From Convolutriloba macropyga (lineage: Eukaryota), in NCBI RefSeq assembly GCF_964194025.1, contig NC_134476.1:34410001-34474000 (forward strand): 64,000 bases of DNA. Direction: 5' to 3'. The notes beneath the pieces are model-generated. The model saw only the letters and a list, made by a program, of their open reading frames with translations. It ran no database searches and was not told where the DNA came from. Of this stretch, positions 38,527 to 49,987 are shown one piece after another. Within the stretch, counting starts at the first letter, position 1. Every line of letters starts with the position of its first letter. Both the position numbers and the translations under genes were made by a program.

Positions 38527-38595
38527 ACCGAGTCGGGCGCGAACCCATATCCCTCGCTTAACAGCCATAGGTCTCACCAATTACGCTAACTATGC
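38527..38595 (-). repeat. tRNA-derived SINE head or tRNA(Asn)-like pseudogene
   Basis: A-box TAGCGTAATTGG, anticodon-like GGCTGTTAA, B-box GGTTCGCGCCC; cloverleaf degenerate. Confidence 0.5.
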
Positions 38596-39127
38596 GTATT
38601 GCACTTGTCCTTTGCTCTTTCCACATCAAATTTCTGGACAAGGGCGTTTGTGACCCGCTTGTTTTGCTATACCACATGCTTAATGAGCGCCAAAATTGTG
38701 CAAAATAGGAGCTTAAATAGGATGGCAAAGCGAGTCTCAAAACGCATTGATTATGCGCTAGGTTTCATGATTAAGGACCCCTAAATTATGTTACGATAGG
38801 AGCAATAATAACGATTGTGCTCAATTGCGACTGATGTTTAATATTATAAAGGAAGATTAGACAATACGATTAAAACTGCTCAAAACTTAGTTTCATAGTG
38901 ATTTTATGGACAAAGGTAATAGAACCGCAAATCAACAGCTATAAAATGGAACTCAACCTGTGATTATCCTGTGGAGGGCAGAGAAAAACGTTTGATTTTT
39001 CAAATTCAGTCTGTTTGAAGCTCTTGGTGGATTCTGTTTTTGCCTCCCGTTTCGTGGGGTGACTCTTTGCTCAACTGGTTTTCTTGATCATTAAATTTGA
39101 GAAGAGAAAATTAGAGAAGTAAACAAA

Positions 39128-39267
39128 GGGAGAGAGAGAGAGAGAAAGAGAAACGGAAAGACGGAAAAAGGAAATAGGGAGAGAATGAAAGAGAGAGAGA
39201 GAGAAATAGAACGGAGGAAAGAGAGGACGAAACACACACACAAACACACAGAGCGAGAGAGAGAGAA

Positions 39268-39308
<41 letters not shown>

Positions 39309-39330
39309 AAGAGAAAGAAAGAAAAGAAAA
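39128..39330. repeat. Compound (GA)n/(CA)n/(GAAA)n simple repeat
   Basis: Purine-rich low-complexity tract. Confidence 0.95.
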
Positions 39331-39699
39331 ATGATTGCTCTAAAATTCGTTTAGGGTCAAAAATACTAACTGAGAAATCCAAGCGGTTTACGAAAAACGA
39401 TCGTTCAAAACTTGAAATAAAAAAAAAACAAAGAAAAGACCAAGCGAATGGAAAGAAGAATTGCTACAAAGAAAACACAATTACCATTTTTTATCCCCCA
39501 AACACACACACGGTAACATAAACCAACTCGCGTCGCATGGTGTTGATTAACAATTTTCATGTCTACAAACGGATAGGATTAGCAATTTTCACACCAAAAC
39601 ACACACAGGAAATTAAAAAGAATTAGCGTCGCAAGAAGTGCTCTCGAAAAACAGGCGGCATGGAGTTGATTAGGAATCTTCATGCCTACAAAAGGGAGG

Positions 39700-39772
39700 G
39701 TACCCGACACGGTTTCAAACCCTCGACCCTCAGAATAGCAGTCCTCCATCTTAACAACTGTGCTATAACGAC
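39700..39772 (-). repeat. tRNA-derived SINE head (tRNA-Ser-like)
   Basis: A-box TAGCACAGTTGTTAAG, GACTGCTATTC, B-box GGTTTGAAACC. Confidence 0.5.
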
Positions 39773-40043
39773 TAAAAACCACCGTTTGTCAAAATTGCTT
39801 TTATCGTATCAATAAACATATTTCAGATTGAGAGCATTTGAGATCACAGAAAAATCAAAAATTTAAGCGTGAAAAACTTAGTTGAAAGCTAAGAGCGTTC
39901 TAGAATAGCGCAGAATCTGTCAAGCTGAAGTTTGCAGAAAAACACACGTTTACAATAACAACTTCAAAATTAATTCATGAGCAATTAAAAAACACGTAGT
40001 ACCCAGGACAGTAAAACCTCGCTCTGGGCGAGAATAATTTCAA

Positions 40044-40106
40044 GCCCTCATAGCTTCGTGGTAACTGCACCTGACTAACAGTCTTTTGTCCCAGGTTCGG
40101 TTCTCA
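40044..40106 (+). repeat. tRNA-derived SINE head
   Basis: A-box TAGCTTCGTGG and B-box GGTTCGGTTCTC at tRNA spacing. Confidence 0.4.
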
Positions 40107-43100
40107 TTCATTTACTTTGAGCCTTTTAGGTCACTGACCTCTCTCGATATGTTCGCTTAACCATGCTGCTCAAAGCGGCTCTTAAACATGCGCTTCAAGA
40201 AGCCCCTTAAACATGCAAAATTTTTGTCCCACTTTAGAGCTCACGCGTTTAATATATAGGATTAAAAACTCTAAGCATGTTAAAGCAATAATAATCTTCG
40301 TTAACCAACGAAAAACAGATTACAATAGCTTATTTAGGATTGCTGTAATAGATGTTTAGATCAGCACTAATTATTTTAACTTTTGATACAACAACTAATT
40401 CTCACAGCATCAGACGAAACTGTCGGTCTAACTTCAATCAGAAAACAAATGAAAAATAACAGGAAAACTAAAACGAAAGAACTAAAAAAACATCAAATCA
40501 AAACAAATATCACGTGGAGGGTTAGCTAAGTTCCATAGAAAGATTAATCCGCTAAATAGGAGAGGGTTTACAATTCTGAATTTCAAAAACGTACGTTTGG
40601 CTGAGAAGTGATCATTTTGTCGATACTTTTTTAACGTTATATGAGCACACATTTGATGGTAAAAATCTAACGAAACATTATTAAAAACGTCTACAGTGGG
40701 TTAATGTGATCATGATTTAGGTGCGCATTCAATGAACTGTAGATAAGTTGTTCGCGTATAAGTCGAAAATCAAACGATGGCGGCCAAAAAATTGATTGCT
40801 ATGAAGTCAAATCATCCACAATTTCGTTCACCACCCCCCGCCCCCGCCCCGCCATCAACATCTTTTGAAAAAAAAGCCAGTACAAAAACACTGTTTCGCT
40901 AAAAATTAAAGAAGAGATCGAAAAAAACAGTAATTTGAACCTTTCATTTATTCTGAAACTCCTCACGGCACTTATGTGGTTACCAAAATAGCAAAGTGCA
41001 TTAGATCTATACAAAATTTGAAAACCAGCAGAGACTAGAGAGTCTTTCAAATAAAGCCGTTGATGAAGCAGTCTTTCCTATTTCAAAGTGTTCAGCTACT
41101 CAAAAACTTGTTTTTCTCAAACTTTCCTTTTGGTAACAATCAGTTGTCCTGATACGGTCTTCTAAGACAAAAATTCTCCTTAAGACCTCTTAGCCTGTTT
41201 TAAAAAGTCAGTAGTTTCGGTATCTTCAATAATTTGACTTGCGAACGCAAATTGCGAACCCTGAGATCAAATTGTGAGCAAAACAACATGAAGGAATTGA
41301 AAACGGACTAATCCAAGCTCTGAAAAGTATTCAAAACAGAAGATGCGCTATTTATGGTGTATTTTGCATAAATTCTTTGTACAAAAAGACAGCTGCTCAT
41401 CAGAAACACAGGACAAATCTCTATGCTCCTTTTTTAAGAATCCGATGCCGACAAAAATTTATGTCTAATATCTTTCTTTCTCCTGTACCTAAGCCTATTT
41501 CTTAGCAAGAGCAAAAGGATCAGTCAAACCTTTAAAAAAATAGTACTGTTTTTTGCGCTTTTCTTTTAATCTACCACTCTTAGTGGATCCAAAGACACAG
41601 CAAGTGGAACAAACGCCGCTATTAATCCTATGAGAACCAAAAATGAAGAGGTACGACAAATCGTCTTAGTGCCTGGAAATTTTAAATCCACAACTGTATA
41701 ACAAACCTGAAAAAGACAGACTGAAAAAAAAGGAAACATTGAACAGCCGGCTTCCCGCACAGGAAAAAAAAACTGGAAAGCATTCAATGATTGTCATTAA
41801 ATTAGTTTTTGAGGAAAAAGATAACTATATCACCAATGAAACGCTGAAAATTTTCTGAAGATGGCAACTATAAATGAAACCATTGAAGCCTGCAATATTG
41901 TACCAAATTCATCAGCACCTGAACAAATAATCCCAAGAACAAGAAAAACATTGAATGAAAATAAACATTGCCCGAAGTGGAAGCTAACTTCGCAAAGAGC
42001 AAAAGGAGCACTCAAACCTTCTAATTACTACTGTTTTTTTTGCGACATCTTTTTTTTATTTATCACAATTAATGAATCCAAAAACTCAAAACGAAGGCTC
42101 GTTAATGTGCGTTCGAACATGATGTTCCGACCCGAGCTCATCTACATTTCTGACTTAATTGTCAACCAAATGGAGAGATAACAAAAATAGATGTTTGAGT
42201 TTAAAAACTCGTTACAAAACCTAACTAGTAAATGAATTACATAATTCCATGCCTCATTTCAACACTCACGAGATCTGCCCTCAAAAACGCTACGAGAAAA
42301 ACACAAACAACAAAATAAGCAAAAACAAAAATTTCAAGGCAAAGCTCAATATCTAAAAAAAGCACCTATTAACAACGTCAAAATGCAATCAGATAAAACC
42401 TTAACTACACAAAATTACTTTTTCTTAACTATACGGAAGATGGAAATTTCTCATAATGAGACTAGGCAACAAGTCGACAAAGAGAAGAAACAATGAGGCG
42501 AAATTCAAAAATGAATCAACATTTTTTAAACAAAATAATTTCAAAAGTATTAAAAACCATCAGCTTATAACGAAATAATTCCCGATAAATTAAGTAAAAA
42601 TTCATTATGAAAACAATGGCACCTGTCTTTGGTTAGACTAAGCCATTGGAAAGGACTAAAGATACAGAAGAATTCAAAAAATTACAAACAATTTGCGAAA
42701 ACAAATTAGAGAAGCCATTAAAATCATTAGCTATTTTCTGAATAATATATACTTTTATTTCAGTTTTTATTGATACCAATTCAGCTAAAATAATACAGAC
42801 AAAACAATAAAGTTTATTTAGGCCGCATTTGAAAATCATTGGGATCTGTTATTACCCGAATGTGCTAAAAGAAAAAAAAAGAAACATATATACCACTCAC
42901 GAAACTTTTATGAAAATGCATATTGACCAACAAACAGAACATAAGGTACGGCATATCAGTAGATGCTAATTTTTGAAAAACAAGGAAATTGATGTGACCT
43001 CTCAATGGTTAGAATAAGTTACAAGTTGACAAAAAGAACAACAAAAATTGAAAATTTGAAAAATTTTTGAAAACAGTAGAATATCAAACTTTATGACTAT

Positions 43101-43630
43101 TCGCTATAAACTGACTGCCTCGGGTAACTTCTTTCATTCAAAACTTAATGAGAAGTTTATGAGACTGGTCATCATTTTATGGCTACATAAAGAATAAAAA
43201 AACAAACAAAAACAGCAAAAAAATTAGCGAGAAAAGTGTCGAGCGAAAAGGAATTAAAAAGGGATTTTTCAGTAAAAATTTTTCTGTTTCAATTATTTCT
43301 TGAACAGCAATAGGATTCTCCTTTTCTAACAATATGACTTGAAAAAATCAACAAATAGGAAAAAATACATTAAAACCAAAAATTTTGAGAAAAAACCGTA
43401 GTATCAACGCCATTAAAATCAATAGATTTTAACAGATTGCCAATAAATACGCTAAGTTAGGCATCGATTCGACGACAACGATGTTTGTTACTCATAATTT
43501 ATCATTAAGACATTACAACAAGTCACTGACTATGAAAACAACAACACATACAGGCGAAATCCAATTATTCAGTAGAAAAGTGCGAGAAAGACAGTGTCGG
43601 GGCCATTTAAACCATAAGCTTTTCTCTGAC

Positions 43631-45881
43631 TGTAGCATTACGTTTGCACGGAATTGAAAAAAGCAGGCATGAATCTTGAATTAAGTTCAACTGATCTCTG
43701 ATTTGCTTAAGGCAGAACTGGAAAGAAGTGCTTTTGCACTTAATGAACAAGATGCAGTACCAGTTGGCACTATGGGATTTAACATGAGACTTAGGTGTCA
43801 ATCAAACTATGTAACAAATGCATCATCACCAGTTGGTGAGGTAACAACGTAAGATAGTAACGAAAAGTTTTTCTCCAAATGGAAAATACAATATATGTAT
43901 TATAGTTTAACAGTGTTTATATTAACACTTTTTTTACTTTGTTGCATTCAGGTGGACTCGTCCACCACCACACTTCCCACTCTTTTGTGCTGTGACGTTA
44001 GTCAAAGATTTTGTCAAGTGCCTCGATGTCGTCGGTGTTAAGCGATGATATGGAGCTTAGGGCAGATTTGTTTTCCTGGTCAACTTCTTCCAAATGGATT
44101 ACCTCGGTAATCTCTTCGGCGTTCTGCCGCTCCTCTGGTGTATTGTCGGTGAGTGCGTGGGGTGTTTGTTGACGTTGGGTGTTGTCGTCTTTTGATGGTT
44201 CTTATGTGCCTGTTTGGATGGGCGATGTCTTTTGTACCATTGTTTCTTTTTGTTCTTTGTTTGTTTTCGGATCTTAGTTCACTTTGTTGGGCGTTGAGTG
44301 GTCTGCCGGGATGATTGAAATTAGTTGTTCCACCTCTTGATTTGGTTGCTTTGTAGGAGAGTTGCTGATTCTGCTGATTATTTTGTCTATCCTGCAATTG
44401 GTGCGCGCAAGATTGTTTGGCTTCTTTCTTGATGGTGTGGTCATGAACGCCTCCGGGTCATTTGATGTGAATATGGTAATGGGGCGGCCTTGTGATGAAT
44501 CTGAGGCCAGGTTGATGACTTGTTGTTGTGGAATTGAGTGGTGTCCAATTGGACTCTTGATGAGTGGGATAGTTGTCTTTGTCGCTGCTTTGCTTTTGCA
44601 AGATTGCTTTGTGCCAAGGCTGCTTCTTTTGATTTCTCTTTGAAATCACTTGTTTTCGGTTGTGTTCGCTTCGTCGGTTGTGCTTTTCTCTTTTGTTGAT
44701 GTTGTTTTGTGAGTTGGGAGTATTGGTGCTCTGTTTTGTCGTTTGATGTACTGTATTTTTTCAAACCATGGGTTGTCTGTGCTTGTTGTTGTGTTAGTCT
44801 TGTTAATTTTCTGTTGATTTGCCTGACCTCTCTCTGGCCAGTGCGTTATTTAATGCCTCGCTGGGTGATCCATCTTCTGAGAGAAGGTCTATTTGGATCT
44901 GCTGATTAATCATGCCTTGTATAAATATGCTTATGACTAAGCTTTCCTCCAGATGGTCCCAATTGCATACTGCTGCGTATTTCTTAATGCGTGAGTGGAA
45001 TACTTTCAACGATTCGCCTTCATTCTGTCTGCAACGGAAAAATTGGAATCGATCAGATGTTTCAATTCTTGTTTGTACGAATGCTTCTTTGAGTTGTTCG
45101 ACGAGTGCGTCTGTTGTGCATTTTTGTATGTCTGTATGTGGGAATCTTTGCTGGAAGATTTTGTTGCTTGTGATCCTAAAGATAAATATATGAGGCTTTT
45201 TGCTTTGTTGTCTGCTTCGTCCCATGGTGTGTTCTCTACTTGGCAGCCTTTGTCCTCGGTTTCATTGCATGAGTTTTGCCAGTCTGTTCGTCTTTTTACG
45301 TTGCGCTGTTCTTGGCCTTTTATAGGCTGTTGTTTCATCAGATAGTGGAGGTTCGTAGTGTTGCTCTGTTGGATAATCTAAATCTTCGCTCTCTGGTCTC
45401 GGTTGTAGGAGTTTATCCACTTGGATGTTATCCTTTACCATGGTTGCAAGTTTTACTGTTGCTAGCCACTTGTCCCAGTCGAGTTCTGGTTGATGTCCTT
45501 TATCCCAAAAACTTTACTCCGAGTGGAGAGCGAGCCATTGTTAACTGCGCCATGTTGCACTACGTTTACACGAAATTGAAAAGAGCAAGAAATTAAGTTC
45601 AACTGATCTCTGACTTGCTTAAGGCAGAACTGCAAAGAAGTTCTTTCGCACTTAATGAACAAGATACAGTACCAGTTGGCACTATGCTATTTAACATGAG
45701 ACATAGGTGTCAATCAAACTATGTAACAAATGCATCATCACCAGTTGGTGAGGTAACAACGTAAGATAGTAACGAAAAGAGTTTTTCTCCAAATGGAAAA
45801 TACAAAATATGTATTATAGTTTAAGTGTTTATATTAATATTTTTCATACTTTGTTGCATTCAAGTGGACTCATCCACCACG
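43631..45881 (-). mobile_element. Internally deleted Gypsy-type LTR retrotransposon
   Basis: LTRs 43631-43972 and 45553-45881 (diverged); TSD CTGAC at 43626-43630 and 45882-45886; PBS TGGCGCAGT (minus, from 45552, tRNA-Ser type); PPT AAAAGAGTGGGAAG (43973-43986); no pol motifs. Confidence 0.9.
44800..45538 (-). pseudogene. gag: Gypsy gag remnant, frameshifted
   Basis: Fragments WDKWLATVKLA, WDEADNKAKSLIYLSLG and DRFQFFRCRQNEGES..FHSRIK..A..CNW..IFIQGM lie across three frames. Confidence 0.8.
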
Positions 45882-48719
45882 CTGACAATATCTATAATCC
45901 CATGAAAATTTTTTCAAAGCCAATGGGAGCTGTCAACATTAAGATAATGTGATAAGATTTCAAAAGGAACTAAAATTACGAGAAAATATACAAAAATTTA
46001 AAAAATTACGAAAACTCGAGCATCGAAATCATAAAACCGATAGTTAGAAGATAAAACCGCTAACTAGAAATAATATGATGGAAGTAGACAGAAAGACATT
46101 ACTGCAACTGACTTACAGTTCTCGAAAAAATGATTACCATTGGTTAATGTTCAAAAAAAAATTTCGAAAAAATATTTTTAAAGTCTTGTTAGCCATTAAA
46201 TTCAAAAGCTTTCAACGAATGTTAGCACATACGCTCAGTTATGCCTCCAAGGGAGAAGAAGAATGTTTGTCAAGCATAGGTAATCAATAACACATCACAG
46301 TAAGTCTTACGACTATGAAAACAACAATAAATATAGGCAAAAACCAAAAATTCAGTAGAAAAGTCCGAGAGGAAAAAGTCGAGGACATTTAAACCAAGTT
46401 TTTCTCTGAAAACTTTATCTACGCTCTATTGAATGTTTTCTCCAAGCCAATGGGAGATATCCATATTAAGAGAATGTGATAAGTGTTCAAAAGGTACCAA
46501 TAATACAAAAATAACCAAAAACTTTGAATTTTTTTGAAATGTTGTGGCATTGAAGTCAAATGACAGATAGTTAGAAGATAAAACTGCCAATCAGATAAAT
46601 TTTGGTAGCAGTATGAAGAAAAGGAGTCCTGTAAATACTGATACTGACTTACAGTTCACGAAAATAAGTTTATGATTGGTTAATGCTGAAAAAAATTCCG
46701 AAAATATATTTTCAAAGTCTTAACAGCCACTACCTGTCCATTTCAAGCACTAGATAGGTTCACTGAACGCTCATTACGAAAAGTATTGCACTTATTTTTG
46801 TCAACGAGTCTATGCAATAGGACTCCAAAGAATTTGTAAAACCTAAAAAGAAAATCAAAATCTCAATTAAAGTTAAGAAAACTCAGAGTCGAAGACCAAA
46901 AAAACATAAGCGACACCTTGGAAACAATTTTTTCGTACATTGGGCTTCATTTGAACTTACAAAAACGGAACCCCGATATGAGAACTGACTAGCCTCTACG
47001 TGACTTCTAAAAAACACAAAAAATATGAAACGTTTTCTCACAAAAGAGCTCTCAATTAGAATTCGAATTTTTTTATGGTACTCTTTTCTATGTGACCAGA
47101 ACTAGTCTTTTTATCGCCTTTCGTCTATTATGAACACAAAATTGATTCAATTTGTGGCGTGAAATGTGAATGAGTATTTTAATAGAAAAAATCATTTTGA
47201 ACGAAACTCCCCTAAAAGTAAACAAAATCATGCCAAATATCACGTGTTCACACAAAACTTTAAGTCTCGATGACTCCTCCTAAAAAACGAAATTCAGAAA
47301 AGAAATTTATTTCGAATTCTACGTTGGACACGTTTTTTAATGATACCACTAACATTTCTCTACGACGAATATATCGATCGTCCAAAATTGTCTGAACAAA
47401 AAAAACCCATTTTAGTATATAGTTCCTCCACCCACAAGTGGGGTCGGATAAACAAGCGGAAACAACTCAGCTAATAATCCAGTGAAAAAAAAGAGAGATA
47501 AGAACAATTGTCTGAGAGCTTGCAAATCTTAAATACTCGACTGTAAAAGGACCTAAGAAAGAGATATGCTGAAAAAAAGAGGAAAACTTGAACGGCTAAA
47601 CTGGGAACGACTCAATCATCGTCATTAAATTACTTTTTGAGGGAAAATTATATCACGAATAGGAAGCCGTGCATCTCTTTGAATTTCTTTAATAAGAAAA
47701 TCGTGCATCTTCAAAAACTCTAAATCGAATCTTAACAGCGAAGAAAATATTTAGATCAATATTCGTTTTTTTTTGGTTTGATATCTACTTGAGATTTCCG
47801 CCGGAAAAGTCAGGGCACAGAAATTTGACCCTAATGCTCCTCATTTCATGCACCACAACACAAGGACAACAATCTAAGGGTTCGATGCAGCCGAAGTATG
47901 AATTTCACGCAAGAAAAAGCGCTCAGCAAAATAGAACCCCTTTCTGAAAATTTTCTGAGAAGAGACTTCTTTTTCTGAAATTGCTGATCCTTACGCGGTC
48001 CTCCTCAAATTTGAACTGTTCATTGAGAACAGCATAGAGAAGGAAAAATTCAACAAAATTAGAAAAAAATTGAGAACATTAAAACTGTCAAAAAAATCTT
48101 TTTCAGAAAAATTGCATAGTTTGGGAAACAACTTTAAGTGGAACTCCGTAGAAACAACCATAGCTTTGCTTGAGCTTCTGTTAAAAATACCTCTGACGAA
48201 TAATTATCGTTATTTTCAATAAGAAAAAATGAGACTAGGAAAGTCAAGATTGATAACCAGGTCAAAAGAGAATCCACTAGGAAACATTTAAGAAAAACGA
48301 CATTTAAGAATTTTAATACTTTGAATGTCCTAGATATGTATAAACCATAAAGAAATTTATTACAAAATATGATGAAAAACAAATAGAATCCATTCTATCC
48401 GAGCAAATTAGAGCAAGGAGACGCAAAAACCAAAACATTATTGAACATCTAAAATGAGGTAACGCGTAAAACTCGAACTTTAAAACAAAACGAAAAATTT
48501 GAAGATCCATAAAAAATCAACAAATCATTTTTGCCAAAATTGCTGAAAGATTAGCTGAAAAGTATAAAATAGAGAAAAAACTTTGACTCAATGTTCTTTC
48601 ACCCTGAACAACTAAGAAAACTAGCCCAGTTATCGAAAAGCTGTACAATAAATATCTGCTATGAATGTCATACAATTTCAAAAATGAGGGCTTTCAAAAG
48701 AGATGTCGATCCATCTCAT

Positions 48720-49145
48720 CCTGCAAACTAGAGATGGATTTCGGTTCTCAACCACTTCGTATAATATTTGAAAAACTATTTTTTTCTAGAATGAGAAATC
48801 TGATTAAAAAAAAGAAAATTTCTCTAAAAACTAATTTGTTTTTCGATAAAAATCAGGTACTTTGCACACCATAGGAACGCTAGCAGATGAAATAAAAACA
48901 CATTGGTTCAATACTTAAGTTAATTTTAGAGACGTTTATTAAACTTTGAAAAACATTCGAAACGATGAACAAGAGTTGTCTGCTGCTCAAATGCGAACAA
49001 TATGGGTCACGAGAAATTGTTCTTAAAATGTTCCGTTCAAACCTAGAAATTAAATATCAATACAATCAATTAGGAAAAAGAACTTCGCGGGCAAAACGAG
49101 TATTGGGACCTTTACTTTTTATTCTCTACTTAAATAACATACCCT
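48720..49145 (+). pseudogene. Decayed LINE reverse-transcriptase fragment
   Basis: IIFEKL; LLLKCEQYG.RE.VLKMFRS.L; VLGPLLFILYLNN (cf. GSVLGPLLFxxYIND). Confidence 0.7.
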
Positions 49146-49987
49146 TCACAAATGGAAAAAATTTGAAAACAAAACGGAAAAAAATGAAAAATAAATGAAA
49201 AACATAAACCGACCAACGTCGGAGGAATTGCTCTCGAACGACAGGCGGCGCAATATAATTCAGGGGCTGTAGCTTTGATAAATTTTAATTTATGGGTGTG
49301 AAAACATTAGCCGATGGTAGGATTCCAAGGAGGTATTAACCACTCGGTCATCAGTCACTTGTCATCGCGTCTCTAACAATCGGTTTTATCTGAACAACAA
49401 TCTTTATTTTGGAGTGAGCCCAATTCAAATCACTCAAAAATTAAGAAGAAGTGCGTGACAAAGTCACTTGAGAAGATAAAGATTGCCCTAGAAAAGCGCA
49501 AAACGGTCAAGCGAAAAATGTGCATAAAAAGGACACACATGTTTACAATTGCTTCTCATTCGAGAGCGATTAAAAACAACCACCTTTATACCTTCAACAA
49601 TTTAGTTTCATCGCACAACACATTGGGAGCGGTAGAAAAATATCACAATCGCCAATTAGACAAGGTCACAGGTTGTTCTTCCGAGAACACTCTAACCCTT
49701 AAGTGTTGACGAAAATTATTAAAGCTGTATGTAAGTTTAGGGAAATTTATTGTCTCCACTTTCACTACCAACAACCTATATCTATTATAAGAGGGCTAAA
49801 GGGGAAGCAACAGAGAACATATAAACATGACAATCAGTGAATAGCATCAAAGCGCAATCATGAAGTGCGAATAACATGGGCGAGATTGACTGAAATATTA
49901 CTGCAATCTCAACAGTGAGTGAGACACGCAACATTAAATCCAATAGCGATGCTTCGAAGTAGTTAGAGATTCAACGCGTAATATTGA

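Larger units (their letters stand above)
42088..47452 (+). mobile_element. Helentron/DINE-1-like element, copy 2 (hosts the Gypsy insertion)
   Basis: Left end with TGTTCCGACCC at 42123; right end CCCACAAGTGGGGTCGGA at 47431-47448; internal tandem units. Confidence 0.55.

Noticed and set aside
38527-40106. Functional tRNA genes
   Set aside because: Stems do not pair well and the boxes are degenerate; kept only as SINE-like heads.
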